Shown here: positions 37,640-47,159 of the stretch, in pieces
How positions within the stretch are numbered: the stretch's first letter is position 1
Layout: each line of letters opens with the position of its first letter
From: a virus
Length of the DNA stretch: 64,000 nucleotides
IMG/VR virus record: IMGVR_UViG_3300044712_002690
Coordinates: 32,001 to 96,000 of that record
Strand: one strand, 5' to 3'
Notes under the pieces: generated by a model
The model's database searches: none
What the model was told of the DNA's origin: nothing
Seen by the model: only the letters and a program-made list of their open reading frames with translations
Position numbers and translations under genes: made by a program

Positions 37640-38609
37640 AAAGAAACAAGCTGTTGACATTATTCCTAGTGTCAATAAAGAGATGTTTAAAGATCCTTTT
37701 AAAGAGGAACCAAAAGCAATTCCATCAGAAGAAACAACATATAAAGGATTAGAAGATTTAAGACCTGATGAAATTGAAAAATTACCTCCTCAAATCCAAC
37801 CGTGGGTTGCACCTATTCCTGTTGACTACGATCCTAAAAATGATCATTCTTATAATACTTTCAAATATTTAGAATCTTTAGGATATAGAGATGCAGTTTG
37901 GACTCTAGCAGAAGCTCATAGTAAGCCTGATATTTGTGATGATTTACAAGGATTATCCTTTACAACTGACTGGTTACTTTTTACATCTCAGCATAATCCA
38001 CCCTCTCCAATTTTTAGTAGATCACATCCTGATTGCAGATGTTTTGTAACATGTACTCCTCCTAGTAGTCCTGAAGAAATACCAGACTCTGCTCCTGGTC
38101 TTCCAATGCACGGAACTCCTGAAGAATTACTTGAATACAAGAAAAGAATATTTTCAAATTTTGTTACTATTAATGTAGATTCACAAACATTTCCTCCTGA
38201 TACAACACATTATAGCGATATATTTAAAGTACAAAAAAGGTATGCTGAAGAAGAAGCAATAGAAGTAGAACCTGTAATTGTTAAAAACAAGCTTAGACTA
38301 TTACTTCCTTTTGGTTTATACAGGCCTGTTATCGAACCATATCAAGGAGTAAAGGTAAAAAGAAAAGGTGATATTTGTACTGTTTATTTTTCTTCTTTTA
38401 ATAGAGAAGTAGAAATACCAATGCAGTTTCTGGAAGTGTTAACACTACAACAAGCTTCTAATGCTTCACCAGAAGATGGAATGTTTGTTACATTAGCTAA
38501 TGGTGCATTAGGTCAAATTAGTAGGGTTATGGGTGATACAACATATTGCTATAATTCTACTTCTAATCAAGTAGAAGAAGTAACTAACTTTACTATTCTT
38601 TCTTTATAA
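37632..38609 (+). CDS. Mu gpF/SPP1 gp7-like head morphogenesis domain protein
   Basis: WTLAEAHSKPDICDDLQG...HPDCRC motif; KRYAEE; SH3-like C-terminus. Confidence 0.6.
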   Translation: MDKKKQAVDIIPSVNKEMFKDPFKEEPKAIPSEETTYKGLEDLRPDEIEKLPPQIQPWVAPIPVDYDPKNDHSYNTFKYLESLGYRDAVWTLAEAHSKPDICDDLQGLSFTTDWLLFTSQHNPPSPIFSRSHPDCRCFVTCTPPSSPEEIPDSAPGLPMHGTPEELLEYKKRIFSNFVTINVDSQTFPPDTTHYSDIFKVQKRYAEEEAIEVEPVIVKNKLRLLLPFGLYRPVIEPYQGVKVKRKGDICTVYFSSFNREVEIPMQFLEVLTLQQASNASPEDGMFVTLANGALGQISRVMGDTTYCYNSTSNQVEEVTNFTILSL

Positions 38610-39170
38610 AAAAGACATTGTTTCAGGAGAGGAGAGCTGGTAATGCCAGGCTCCTCTTTCTTGTAGTACTTTTATCTTAGTTATATAGTCAATTTTTTCT
38701 TGAGTATTATTTGTACTTTTAAGTTTAGAAAGCAATTGACCAAGTTTCTTTCTTCTAATTAAACTACATATAGTTTGGACAAAAGTAGAATCAGGAAGAG
38801 GATCATGGATATAATATCTATTAACTTGGTAACTTCTTCTATCTTTGCTTACTAATCCATGTTGTTCAAGTTTAGCAATTCTTTGTGACTGACAATCTGT
38901 TGTAGTATTAAATACTGTAGCTAGATAATCTAATGATACTTCAATATAACCGGGCCCTTTCTTTTTAGAACTAGCTATATTTTGAAGTGTTTTTAAAGAG
39001 TAATATGTTTCTTTAGCTTCTGCAGACAATGTTTTATAACCGTACAGAAGAAAAACACTTTGATTATTCATGTCATACATTTGGAATTCGTCTAATATCT
39101 TTTGTAGACGTCTTAACGTTCCTTTTTTCTCTATTATAAAGAAAGGTGTAGATGGTTGTTTTTTTCTCAT
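38604..39170 (-). CDS. Winged-helix DNA-binding protein (replication-initiator N-terminal-like)
   Basis: LSAEAKETY...VSLDYLATVFNTT...IAKLEQHGLVSKDRR...NRYYI; the only inverted gene in the rightward arm. Confidence 0.55.
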   Translation of the reverse strand: MRKKQPSTPFFIIEKKGTLRRLQKILDEFQMYDMNNQSVFLLYGYKTLSAEAKETYYSLKTLQNIASSKKKGPGYIEVSLDYLATVFNTTTDCQSQRIAKLEQHGLVSKDRRSYQVNRYYIHDPLPDSTFVQTICSLIRRKKLGQLLSKLKSTNNTQEKIDYITKIKVLQERGAWHYQLSSPETMSFL

Positions 39171-39259
39171 ATTCGTATTGATATAAATAATTAGATTTTT
39201 TCTAGAAAGAAAATGCTACTTGATATTTTATTAAATATATCAAAAGATAGAGGTTATCT

Positions 39260-39436
39260 ATGGGTAGAAGTAAAATTTCTGATGAGAGAAAAGCTAAAAA
39301 TATAAGTATTTCACTATTCCCTAAATACCACAGAATTCTAGATGAGCTTGTAGCTGAATTTTCTTCGGATAAATCTAAAGTAATCCAGCATGCTCTTGAA
39401 GAACTTTATAAACAAAAAATTGGTGAAATAAAATAA
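39260..39436 (+). CDS. 58-aa ribbon-helix-helix DNA-binding protein
   Basis: Read manually: MGRSKISDERKAKNISISLFPKYHRILDELVAEFSSDKSKVIQHALEELYKQKIGEIK; GAGG RBS; TAATG coupling to the next gene. Confidence 0.7.
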   Translation: MGRSKISDERKAKNISISLFPKYHRILDELVAEFSSDKSKVIQHALEELYKQKIGEIK

Positions 39437-39990
39437 TGGCAAGAATACCTATTACTGAACAACCAGAACCTTTTACTTCTTTTAAAGAAGAATTTAAAGA
39501 ACCCGAAGATGGAAGTTCTTATGAAGATCTTCAATCCTTTACAATTCAGTTTGATTCAAAGGATGTTAAATTAATTGATCCTCATAATCTTGAGCAACTG
39601 ATAATTGAAATGAATTCAATTCCTTCTACTCTATTTAAGTATAGAATGATTATGGATACACAAGCAAAACTTGTTCAGCAATTAGAAGATGAATATACTA
39701 AATGGTATGCCCAGAAGTGGATGGAAGTGGATAGTCAAACAGAACCTAAGCTTGATAAAGCAGGAAATGTTATTGGACAAGTAAAAATAGTAAGAACAGA
39801 GGGAGCAAAAGAGAAGGTTATTATTACAACATTTACGGATGAATATGATGAATTTCAAAGAAAGATAAGAGAAGAAAAATATCGTTTATCTCTTATCAAG
39901 TCAACTGTTTCTTCAATAGATAGTTATTCTTATAAATTACATTCTATTCTCAATTACAAGCAAATGTTAGAGGCTAAGCATATTTCTTAG
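39436..39990 (+). CDS. Possible UvsY-like recombination mediator
   Basis: Helical 184-aa protein immediately upstream of the SSB; context only. Confidence 0.35.
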   Translation: MARIPITEQPEPFTSFKEEFKEPEDGSSYEDLQSFTIQFDSKDVKLIDPHNLEQLIIEMNSIPSTLFKYRMIMDTQAKLVQQLEDEYTKWYAQKWMEVDSQTEPKLDKAGNVIGQVKIVRTEGAKEKVIITTFTDEYDEFQRKIREEKYRLSLIKSTVSSIDSYSYKLHSILNYKQMLEAKHIS

Positions 39991-40064
39991 ACTCTCTCAT
40001 TATAAATTTTATGCTTACATCAGCCAGATTACATTAGGCAGAGACAAGCAAAGGAGTTACATTT

Positions 40065-41144
40065 ATGGACAAGATGTCAAGTTACGCATCTCAAATTTCT
40101 GAACCAGGGCAATCTAACAACACTAGTAATTTTGCTCAACAAGTTTCTATTAAGAAGGATGTACCTAATCCTATCCGTCTCGTTGATACTCCTGATGGAG
40201 TAACTCGATACTATGAAGCTTGGATTCTTTGTGATGATGATAAGAAACGTCCTTTTATCCTTGAAAACGAAACTGAAGGTAAAAGTATGCTTCTTCAGAT
40301 TCTTGGTGACCGCGAACATTTTTATCGCGGTGGTATTCTAGAATCCATTAAAGACCCTATTACAAATAGCAGTAAGTATTTGTGGGAAGAAAAAGATCCT
40401 GAACTTCTTCTTCGTATTGCATACAATAATGATGCATCAGGATCTGAAGGTTCTTGGAAACCGCGTGAAGGTTATGCAATGAATGCTATTCAGCGTAACC
40501 CTGACTCAGATAATACAGGCAATGTTTTCTTCTGGTGTAAAGAAAATAAACATACCAAATTGATGAAAATGGGTCCTACAGCATTTAAACGTCTCCAAGA
40601 TGTTCGTTTGAATGATGGAGAGCTTTCTGAGTATGATATCAACTATCTTAAGAAAGGTGTTGGTATTAATACACAACATAACATTCTGAAAGCAGGACAG
40701 AACATTCCTAATGTAGTTATTGGACCTCTTACAGAAGAAGAACAAGCATATGAACGTTATGATCTTGCAAAAGAAACTAAACTTCTTACTCCTGCTAATA
40801 CGCTAAGATATCTTAGAAATTCTATTGAGCGTATTGATGCAATTACAGGCAATAACTGGATTCAGAAACTTGAAGAAGCTTCTGGTGAAGCTGGTGAGCC
40901 TGCAACTCAAGCAGCACCTCAAGCAACATCTGCTCCTACTCGTGTTGCTACTAGAACTCCTGCTCCTTCTGGGTTAACTGAAGAGTGTGGACATTGCCAT
41001 AAACAGATTCCTGTAGGATCTGAAGTATGTCCAGAATGTAAGAATACTCTTCTTGAAGCTTGTGTTGCACCTAATTGTGGATTCAAGTTTAGTGTTTTTG
41101 CCGATAAGTGTCCAAGTTGCGGAATGGAGTATAAGACTTCTTAA
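40065..41144 (+). CDS. Single-stranded DNA-binding protein (gp32-like) with C-terminal double zinc ribbon
   Basis: PIRLV...YYEAWI...YAMNAIQR...YDINYLKKG pattern; Ala/Pro linker; CGHC, CPEC, C..PNC, CPSC. Confidence 0.6.
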   Translation: MDKMSSYASQISEPGQSNNTSNFAQQVSIKKDVPNPIRLVDTPDGVTRYYEAWILCDDDKKRPFILENETEGKSMLLQILGDREHFYRGGILESIKDPITNSSKYLWEEKDPELLLRIAYNNDASGSEGSWKPREGYAMNAIQRNPDSDNTGNVFFWCKENKHTKLMKMGPTAFKRLQDVRLNDGELSEYDINYLKKGVGINTQHNILKAGQNIPNVVIGPLTEEEQAYERYDLAKETKLLTPANTLRYLRNSIERIDAITGNNWIQKLEEASGEAGEPATQAAPQATSAPTRVATRTPAPSGLTEECGHCHKQIPVGSEVCPECKNTLLEACVAPNCGFKFSVFADKCPSCGMEYKTS

Positions 41145-41696
41145 GTGAATTTCCTCGGTTTAGATTTAAGTTTAAATAGCTCAGGGGTCGTCGTTCTCGA
41201 CGACTCCTGTGTTATTCTCTTCAAAGAAACAATGTGTCCTCCTAATGGTTGCAAGAATGTTGAAAGACTTTTCTTTCTTACTAATCTTTTTATAGAATTT
41301 CTATCAAAGTATGATATTACTTATTGTTGTATTGAGAGCCCAGCATATGGTAGTGAAGCAGGTCATTTATTTGAATTAGGAGAATGGGCTGGTATAGTTA
41401 AATTAGAGTTATTTAAAAAGGGAATACCCTTTATGTTAGTAGCCCCAAATCAGCTTAAGAAATACGTTTCAGGTTCAGGGCAAAGTAAAAAGCAAACTAT
41501 TATTTTAGATGTATATAAGAATTTTGGAGAAGAAATAAGGCAAGATGATATTGCTGATGCTTATGTCTTAGCTAGAATTTCTAGAGATTATTTCGTCTCT
41601 TATGAAAAAGATGTAGTTATTCAATTTCAAGAATATCAAAAAGAAGTATTGAAAGCGCTAAGAAAAAAGTACGAAGAACAAACAGAGTTACTATAA
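41145..41696 (+). CDS. ruvC: RuvC-like Holliday junction resolvase
   Basis: LGLDLSLNSSG, IESPAY, PNQLKKYVSGSG, DDIADAY. Confidence 0.85.
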   Translation: MNFLGLDLSLNSSGVVVLDDSCVILFKETMCPPNGCKNVERLFFLTNLFIEFLSKYDITYCCIESPAYGSEAGHLFELGEWAGIVKLELFKKGIPFMLVAPNQLKKYVSGSGQSKKQTIILDVYKNFGEEIRQDDIADAYVLARISRDYFVSYEKDVVIQFQEYQKEVLKALRKKYEEQTELL

Positions 41697-41700
41697 GCCT

Positions 41701-44421
41701 ATGGGAAGTTATCATAATTCAATTTGTCAAAAATGTGGTTTGTGGGATGGAGTTAAGTCCCCATGTATGGAAGGCAGAGGTAATCCCTCTGCTAAATTGC
41801 TTGTTTTGGGGGAGACTGTTGGTTTCTATGAAGATCAGCAGGGTGTTCCCTTTGTAGGTGAGATTGGACAAAAGTTACAGAATTATCTCAATAAGCTAAA
41901 TGTACAACATTATATTAGTACTGCGATAAAATGTAGACCAACTAAAATTGTACAAAAGCCTAAAGGACCTGTAGCTGAAAATAGAACCCCAACTGGCAGA
42001 GAAATTCAATATTGTTCTGCTAAAACATTTGAATTGATTGATAGAATGAAACCTGAAGTAATTTTAGCTTTAGGTTCAACTCCTCTTAATCAATTACTTC
42101 AACTTGGTATTGGTATGGGTATTGCTAGAGGACGTATTTATTACCATCCTCAACTAGAATGTTATGTTGTACCAACATGGCATCCTTCCTATTTAGCTAA
42201 AACACAGGATCCAATTTATGAAAAGCAATTCTATGAAGATATCAGATTAGCAGCTAGTTTAGTAGCTGCTCCTAAAACTAGAAGAATTGCATCTCGTCCT
42301 ATATCATTATCTTCATCTTTAGATATAGAGAAATATCTAGAGAAACTTAAAACAGTTGAAGAGTTAGCATTTGACTTAGAAACAACAGGATTGAATTGTA
42401 GGACAGATAGAATCACTGACATTTCTTTTTGTCATACACATGGTCAAGGTGTTCATATTAAATGGGAAAATATTCTTCCATATTACTCTACATTAAAAGC
42501 TATATTTGAACGACCTGATCTTAAATTAATTGCGCATAATGGTAGGTTTGACTGTAAGTTTCTTAGAGCTGTAGGAATTAATCCAGCTAATTTTTATTTC
42601 GATACTATGCTTGCTTATCATACGACTACAATGACGTTTGAGGGTGAAGGCAAGACATTATATAGCCTAGAAATTATGTCTTGGTTATTAACTAAAGAAG
42701 GAAACTATAAATCTATTTTAGAGGAATTTGGTGGCATTGCTGGTCATCAAGGAAAGAAAGCTGAAGATGCTAAACCTGAAACTCCTAAAGTATCTAAAAA
42801 GATTAAACCTGTAGTTAGAATACCATTAGTATCTCCAATTGATCCTTTATTTGATTTGCCTGAAGTAGAAGATGTAAATGTTGCTGAAACATTCTTTTCT
42901 CATATTGATTCAAGCAATACAGATACAGCCCTTTTGGATAGCTTTATTCCACAGAAAAGAAGAAGGGTTCCTGTTAATGCACTCACAGGAGAAGAATTTC
43001 ATATTAATGAGGAAGAAGAGCAAACATTAAAAAAATATTCAACATTTGTTCAAGATAAATTAAAGAAAAGAATTACTGATTTAAATCTTGAACCTATTCA
43101 ATACTATGCAGCTATGGATGCTGATGTAACATTTCAGATTTATAAGCAATTAGAGAATGAAATAAACAAGCAATATAAAGAAGTATTTCACAATCTTATA
43201 ATGCCAGTTAATAAAACTCTTCTTAGACTTGAAGAAAATGGTATTTTGTTAGATGTTGAATATGTTGATAAGCTTATTGAAGAGAATACCAAGCAATCAG
43301 CTAAGATCCAGAAAAAAATGTTCGATAAGATAGGATTTGAATTTAACATAGGTTCTGGTAAAGACCTTCAGAAAGTAATTTATGAGCATTTGAAAATACC
43401 AGTAGATAAGAACTTTATGACTAAAGGTGGCAAGAGCGGTAATCAGCAACCTTCTACCGATAAGGAAGCTGTCGAACATTTTGCTAAAAAATATCCTATT
43501 CTAAATGGTATTGTAGAATATAGAAAAATAGAAAAAGAAACATCTACTTATCTTGAAGGATTTAAAAACTTTATTGATCCTGTTACAAAAAGGATTCATC
43601 CTTCGTATTTGCAGCATACTACTGCAACTGGACGGCTTAGTTCACTTCAACCGAACGCTCAGAATATTCCAAAAGATAATCGTATTAGAAATATGATTAT
43701 TCCTAGACCAGGTTGGAAGTTTGTTACAGCAGACTTATCACAAGCAGAACTTCGTATTCTTGCAATGATGTCTGGTGATAAAAAAATGCAGGAAGCATTC
43801 ATAGCAGGATACGACTTTCACACATATACTGCTTGTAACATTATGGGAATTCATGTAGAAGAGTATAGTAAAGAAGATAAAACTCATGTTAAAACCAGAG
43901 GATTAGCAAAGAATGTTAACTTTGGCGTTGTTTATCAGATAAGTGCTCAAGCTCTTTCAGCAGATTTAAATATCTCTTTACAAGAAGCACAAGCATTTAT
44001 TGATAAGTTTTATAATACTTATCCAGATGTAAAAAGGTGGATTGATAGAACGAAAGCATTTGCAGCTAGGCATGGTTATGTTGAAACTCTTTATGGTAGA
44101 CGTAGATATTTACCATTTGCAATGAGTATGAAAGAAGATATTCAAGCAAGAGCTTTACGACAAGCTGTTAATACTCCAATTCAAGGTACAGCTAGTGATT
44201 GTGCTGCATTAGGATTGGTTAGGGTTCAAAATTTTATTGACGAGAATAAGTTAAAGACACAACCTGTTATGATTATTCATGATGAGATTGTTCTTGAAAC
44301 TCCCCCTGAAGAAGTAGATTTGATGTTAGAGAAGTTACCATACTTTATGACAGTAGGATTACCTAAAATAACAATCCCTCTTGTAGCAGATGCAGAAGTA
44401 TTAGAAAGATGGAAAAAGTGA
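41701..44421 (+). CDS. polA: Family A DNA polymerase with N-terminal family-4 uracil-DNA-glycosylase domain (SPO1-type)
   Basis: UDG: CQKC..PC, GRGNPSAKLLVLGE, KCRP, WHPSY. Exonuclease: FDLETTG, HNGRFD, YAAMDAD. Polymerase: TGRLSS, ADLSQAELR, AKNVNFGVVY, IHDEIV. Confidence 0.95.
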   Translation: MGSYHNSICQKCGLWDGVKSPCMEGRGNPSAKLLVLGETVGFYEDQQGVPFVGEIGQKLQNYLNKLNVQHYISTAIKCRPTKIVQKPKGPVAENRTPTGREIQYCSAKTFELIDRMKPEVILALGSTPLNQLLQLGIGMGIARGRIYYHPQLECYVVPTWHPSYLAKTQDPIYEKQFYEDIRLAASLVAAPKTRRIASRPISLSSSLDIEKYLEKLKTVEELAFDLETTGLNCRTDRITDISFCHTHGQGVHIKWENILPYYSTLKAIFERPDLKLIAHNGRFDCKFLRAVGINPANFYFDTMLAYHTTTMTFEGEGKTLYSLEIMSWLLTKEGNYKSILEEFGGIAGHQGKKAEDAKPETPKVSKKIKPVVRIPLVSPIDPLFDLPEVEDVNVAETFFSHIDSSNTDTALLDSFIPQKRRRVPVNALTGEEFHINEEEEQTLKKYSTFVQDKLKKRITDLNLEPIQYYAAMDADVTFQIYKQLENEINKQYKEVFHNLIMPVNKTLLRLEENGILLDVEYVDKLIEENTKQSAKIQKKMFDKIGFEFNIGSGKDLQKVIYEHLKIPVDKNFMTKGGKSGNQQPSTDKEAVEHFAKKYPILNGIVEYRKIEKETSTYLEGFKNFIDPVTKRIHPSYLQHTTATGRLSSLQPNAQNIPKDNRIRNMIIPRPGWKFVTADLSQAELRILAMMSGDKKMQEAFIAGYDFHTYTACNIMGIHVEEYSKEDKTHVKTRGLAKNVNFGVVYQISAQALSADLNISLQEAQAFIDKFYNTYPDVKRWIDRTKAFAARHGYVETLYGRRRYLPFAMSMKEDIQARALRQAVNTPIQGTASDCAALGLVRVQNFIDENKLKTQPVMIIHDEIVLETPPEEVDLMLEKLPYFMTVGLPKITIPLVADAEVLERWKK

Positions 44422-44428
44422 GGTTTTA

Positions 44429-45541
44429 ATGAAAACGAAGTTAATTACAGAAAAGTTAAATACTTGCCTTTCATATATTGGAATGATTGTTAAAGGTGAT
44501 GGACTAGTTCCTATTTATAATCAAATCCAATTAGATTTTAAAGATAATATTCTTGAAATTTCAGCATATGATAATAGTTATGGTGTTCAAGTTAAATATG
44601 GTAAATGTGAGCATCCTAACGGAAGGTACTTAATTGATGGACCTTCCTTTATTCACCTACTTAAGTTTAGTTCTTCTATTGAAATAGAAGTTGATTTTCA
44701 GGAAGGTCAGTTGGTTGTAAAAGAACAAGGTAATAAATATAACTTTATCTACTTTAAGAATGAGAGAGATGTTGACCTTAGTTATATTTTTACAACATAT
44801 TCTGAATTACCTGAACCTATTGTACAAATAACGTCAAAAGAATTTTCTGAGGTTTATAAATTTCTTAGTCCTACTATTGGACAGGATGTTGCTAGACCTT
44901 TTCTTATGGGAATACAATATGATGGTAATTTTGTAGCTACTGATGGTAATAATTGTGGTGTTTATTCTTACAAACCATTACAAGAGAAAAAGATTTTTTT
45001 ACCAAAAGGTGGACTAGATTTTCTTTGCTCATTTCCTAATGAAGAACCGTTTAGTATTTATGATGTTAATAATATGATTGTGATTGTTTGGAATAATGTA
45101 GAATTTGTTATTCCACAGATAAACGGTGCTTATCCAAATTATCATGTGTTGAGCGAAAGAACAAAGAGTTATCCTTTTACAGTTAAATTAAACAAAGCTG
45201 AATTTTATAGAAGCTGTCAAAAACTTGTTCCTTTTGCAGATAAACATATGCGTAAATTTTGTTCAGCAATATTTATGACGGATGGTTCCGTTCTTATTTC
45301 TGCTGCCTCTGAGGGTACTAAAGCAGGCCAGGAAAGTGTAAAACCCTTAGAAGCTACTGTACCAGATAAAGACCTTTTAATACATCCTAGTATTAAAAAG
45401 TTAGCTGAGTTAATTGCTGCACATTCTTGTGAGAATCTTACTATTAGATTTTCTAGTAATTCAGCAGCCCCACTTGTGCTAACTGATAATAATGTTGGTT
45501 TTCATTATATGAGCGTATTCAATCTAAGTCAGGAAGGCTAA
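44429..45541 (+). CDS. dnaN: DNA sliding clamp (DnaN/beta-like)
   Basis: 370 aa; motifs VARPFLMGIQY, VATDG, GAYPNY; adjacent to the polymerase. Confidence 0.85.
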   Translation: MKTKLITEKLNTCLSYIGMIVKGDGLVPIYNQIQLDFKDNILEISAYDNSYGVQVKYGKCEHPNGRYLIDGPSFIHLLKFSSSIEIEVDFQEGQLVVKEQGNKYNFIYFKNERDVDLSYIFTTYSELPEPIVQITSKEFSEVYKFLSPTIGQDVARPFLMGIQYDGNFVATDGNNCGVYSYKPLQEKKIFLPKGGLDFLCSFPNEEPFSIYDVNNMIVIVWNNVEFVIPQINGAYPNYHVLSERTKSYPFTVKLNKAEFYRSCQKLVPFADKHMRKFCSAIFMTDGSVLISAASEGTKAGQESVKPLEATVPDKDLLIHPSIKKLAELIAAHSCENLTIRFSSNSAAPLVLTDNNVGFHYMSVFNLSQEG

Positions 45542-45542
45542 T

Positions 45543-46007
45543 ATGAAAATTTCAAAGATATTTAAAACTGAGACAAGTCATATTGTAAGAGATGCTGTTT
45601 ATGTTAGGTGTAGAGAAACGCCGCATGGTCATTCTTACAAATGGATTGTAACTGTTGAAGGGCCCGTTCAGTCAAATGGTATGGTAATTGATTTTAAAGA
45701 ACTTAGTTTTGCAAAGGATTTTATTGATCTATTTGACCATTCAATAGTTTTTTGGTCTAAAGAAGATCCTATTATCCTTGAATTCTTTTTGAAGAATTTT
45801 AAAAGAGTTCTTGTAATGAATAAAAATACTACTGCAGAAAATATGGCAAAGTTAGTATTTAAGAGCCTATCTGATATTATAGAAGATAAGTTTCGACATG
45901 TAAAACTTGTTCAAGTTGATGTGTGGGAAACTGAAAATAGTTATGCTTCTGCTACATATTGCGATGAAGAAGATACATTTAGTTATATTCACAAAGACCA
46001 AAGTTAG
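45543..46007 (+). CDS. queD: 6-carboxy-5,6,7,8-tetrahydropterin synthase
   Basis: CRETPHGHSY, MVIDFKEL, FDHS, TTAENMA, VWETENSYA. Confidence 0.92.
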   Translation: MKISKIFKTETSHIVRDAVYVRCRETPHGHSYKWIVTVEGPVQSNGMVIDFKELSFAKDFIDLFDHSIVFWSKEDPIILEFFLKNFKRVLVMNKNTTAENMAKLVFKSLSDIIEDKFRHVKLVQVDVWETENSYASATYCDEEDTFSYIHKDQS

Positions 46008-46016
46008 GATAATATT

Positions 46017-46466
46017 ATGACAGAAGCATTTATTTGTTGGGAAGACATTTCTACATATCTACTTAAATCTAAGTTTGATTGTTCTCCTGATGTAATAATT
46101 GGAGTACATCGAGGTGGGCTCCCTATAGGAGTAACGCTTAGTCATAGATTTGAAAAGCCTTTAGATTCTTTTCATGTATCGAGATATGACAGAAAATCAG
46201 AAATCGTTAGATGTCATTTAGATGCGAAATCTCATTATAACGAAGTTCTTTTAGTAGATGACATATCTGATAGTGGTGAGAGTTTAATTACTGCTATAAA
46301 ATATCTACATGAAAATTATTCGATAGGTACAATTAAAACATTATGTTATTGTATTAAAAAAGATACAAAATTTATTCCAGATTTTTATAATGAGACATTT
46401 GAGAGTAATATTTGGATAGTATTTCCTTGGGAAAATTATCTTAAGATAGGTGATTCTAATGAGTGA
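46017..46466 (+). CDS. Type I purine phosphoribosyltransferase (Gpt-like)
   Basis: IIGVHRGGLPIG, PRPP-binding VLLVDDISDSGESL, C-terminal WIVFPWE. Confidence 0.85.
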   Translation: MTEAFICWEDISTYLLKSKFDCSPDVIIGVHRGGLPIGVTLSHRFEKPLDSFHVSRYDRKSEIVRCHLDAKSHYNEVLLVDDISDSGESLITAIKYLHENYSIGTIKTLCYCIKKDTKFIPDFYNETFESNIWIVFPWENYLKIGDSNE

Positions 46467-47136
46467 ATATAAATTAAAAATTACTGAAATTTTTACATCA
46501 ATTCAAGGAGAAGGACCCCATATGGGTTATCCTTCCCACTTTATCCGCCTGTATGGCTGTTCTATGGGGTGTGCTTGGTGTGATACAAAGTATTCTTGGA
46601 AAGAGTACGAGGAAATGTCTTTGGAGGATCTAACTACCGTTTTAAAGCTATTAAAAGAATCTTACACTAATATTAATAATGTAGTAATAACAGGCGGAGA
46701 ACCTTTAGAGCAGAATATCCAGTCATTAGTTGAACTTTGCCATTCTTTTGATTTAGATGTAGAAGTAGAAACAAATGGTGATCTTAGTAAATCTGCTACA
46801 GAAGAATTACCTGATGTAGATATATATATTGTATCACCTAAATTTTTAAGTGATAAACATATCGAAAAATATACTCAAGAAGTAGTAGATAAGTTTCTTG
46901 AAAAGTTTGTTTGGTTTAAATTTGTTTGTGCTTCTATAGATGATGTTAATTTTGTTTCTGACTTTTGTCAAAAAAGAGATATTCCAAAAGAAAGTGTCTG
47001 GATAATGCCAAAAGGAATAACTAATGAAGAAGTGACACAATCAAGTAAAGCAATTGTCAATTCTTGTTTAAGTTGTGGTTACAAACTTTCCGCTAGAATG
47101 CATATATCAATCTGGGATGGAAAGCGCGGAGTATAA
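46459..47136 (+). CDS. queE: 7-carboxy-7-deazaguanine synthase (radical SAM)
   Basis: EIFTSIQGEG, FIRLYGCSMGCAWCDT, ITGGEPL, VETNG. Confidence 0.95.
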   Translation: MSEYKLKITEIFTSIQGEGPHMGYPSHFIRLYGCSMGCAWCDTKYSWKEYEEMSLEDLTTVLKLLKESYTNINNVVITGGEPLEQNIQSLVELCHSFDLDVEVETNGDLSKSATEELPDVDIYIVSPKFLSDKHIEKYTQEVVDKFLEKFVWFKFVCASIDDVNFVSDFCQKRDIPKESVWIMPKGITNEEVTQSSKAIVNSCLSCGYKLSARMHISIWDGKRGV

Positions 47137-47159
47137 TTATATTAAAGGAGGCCCATACT

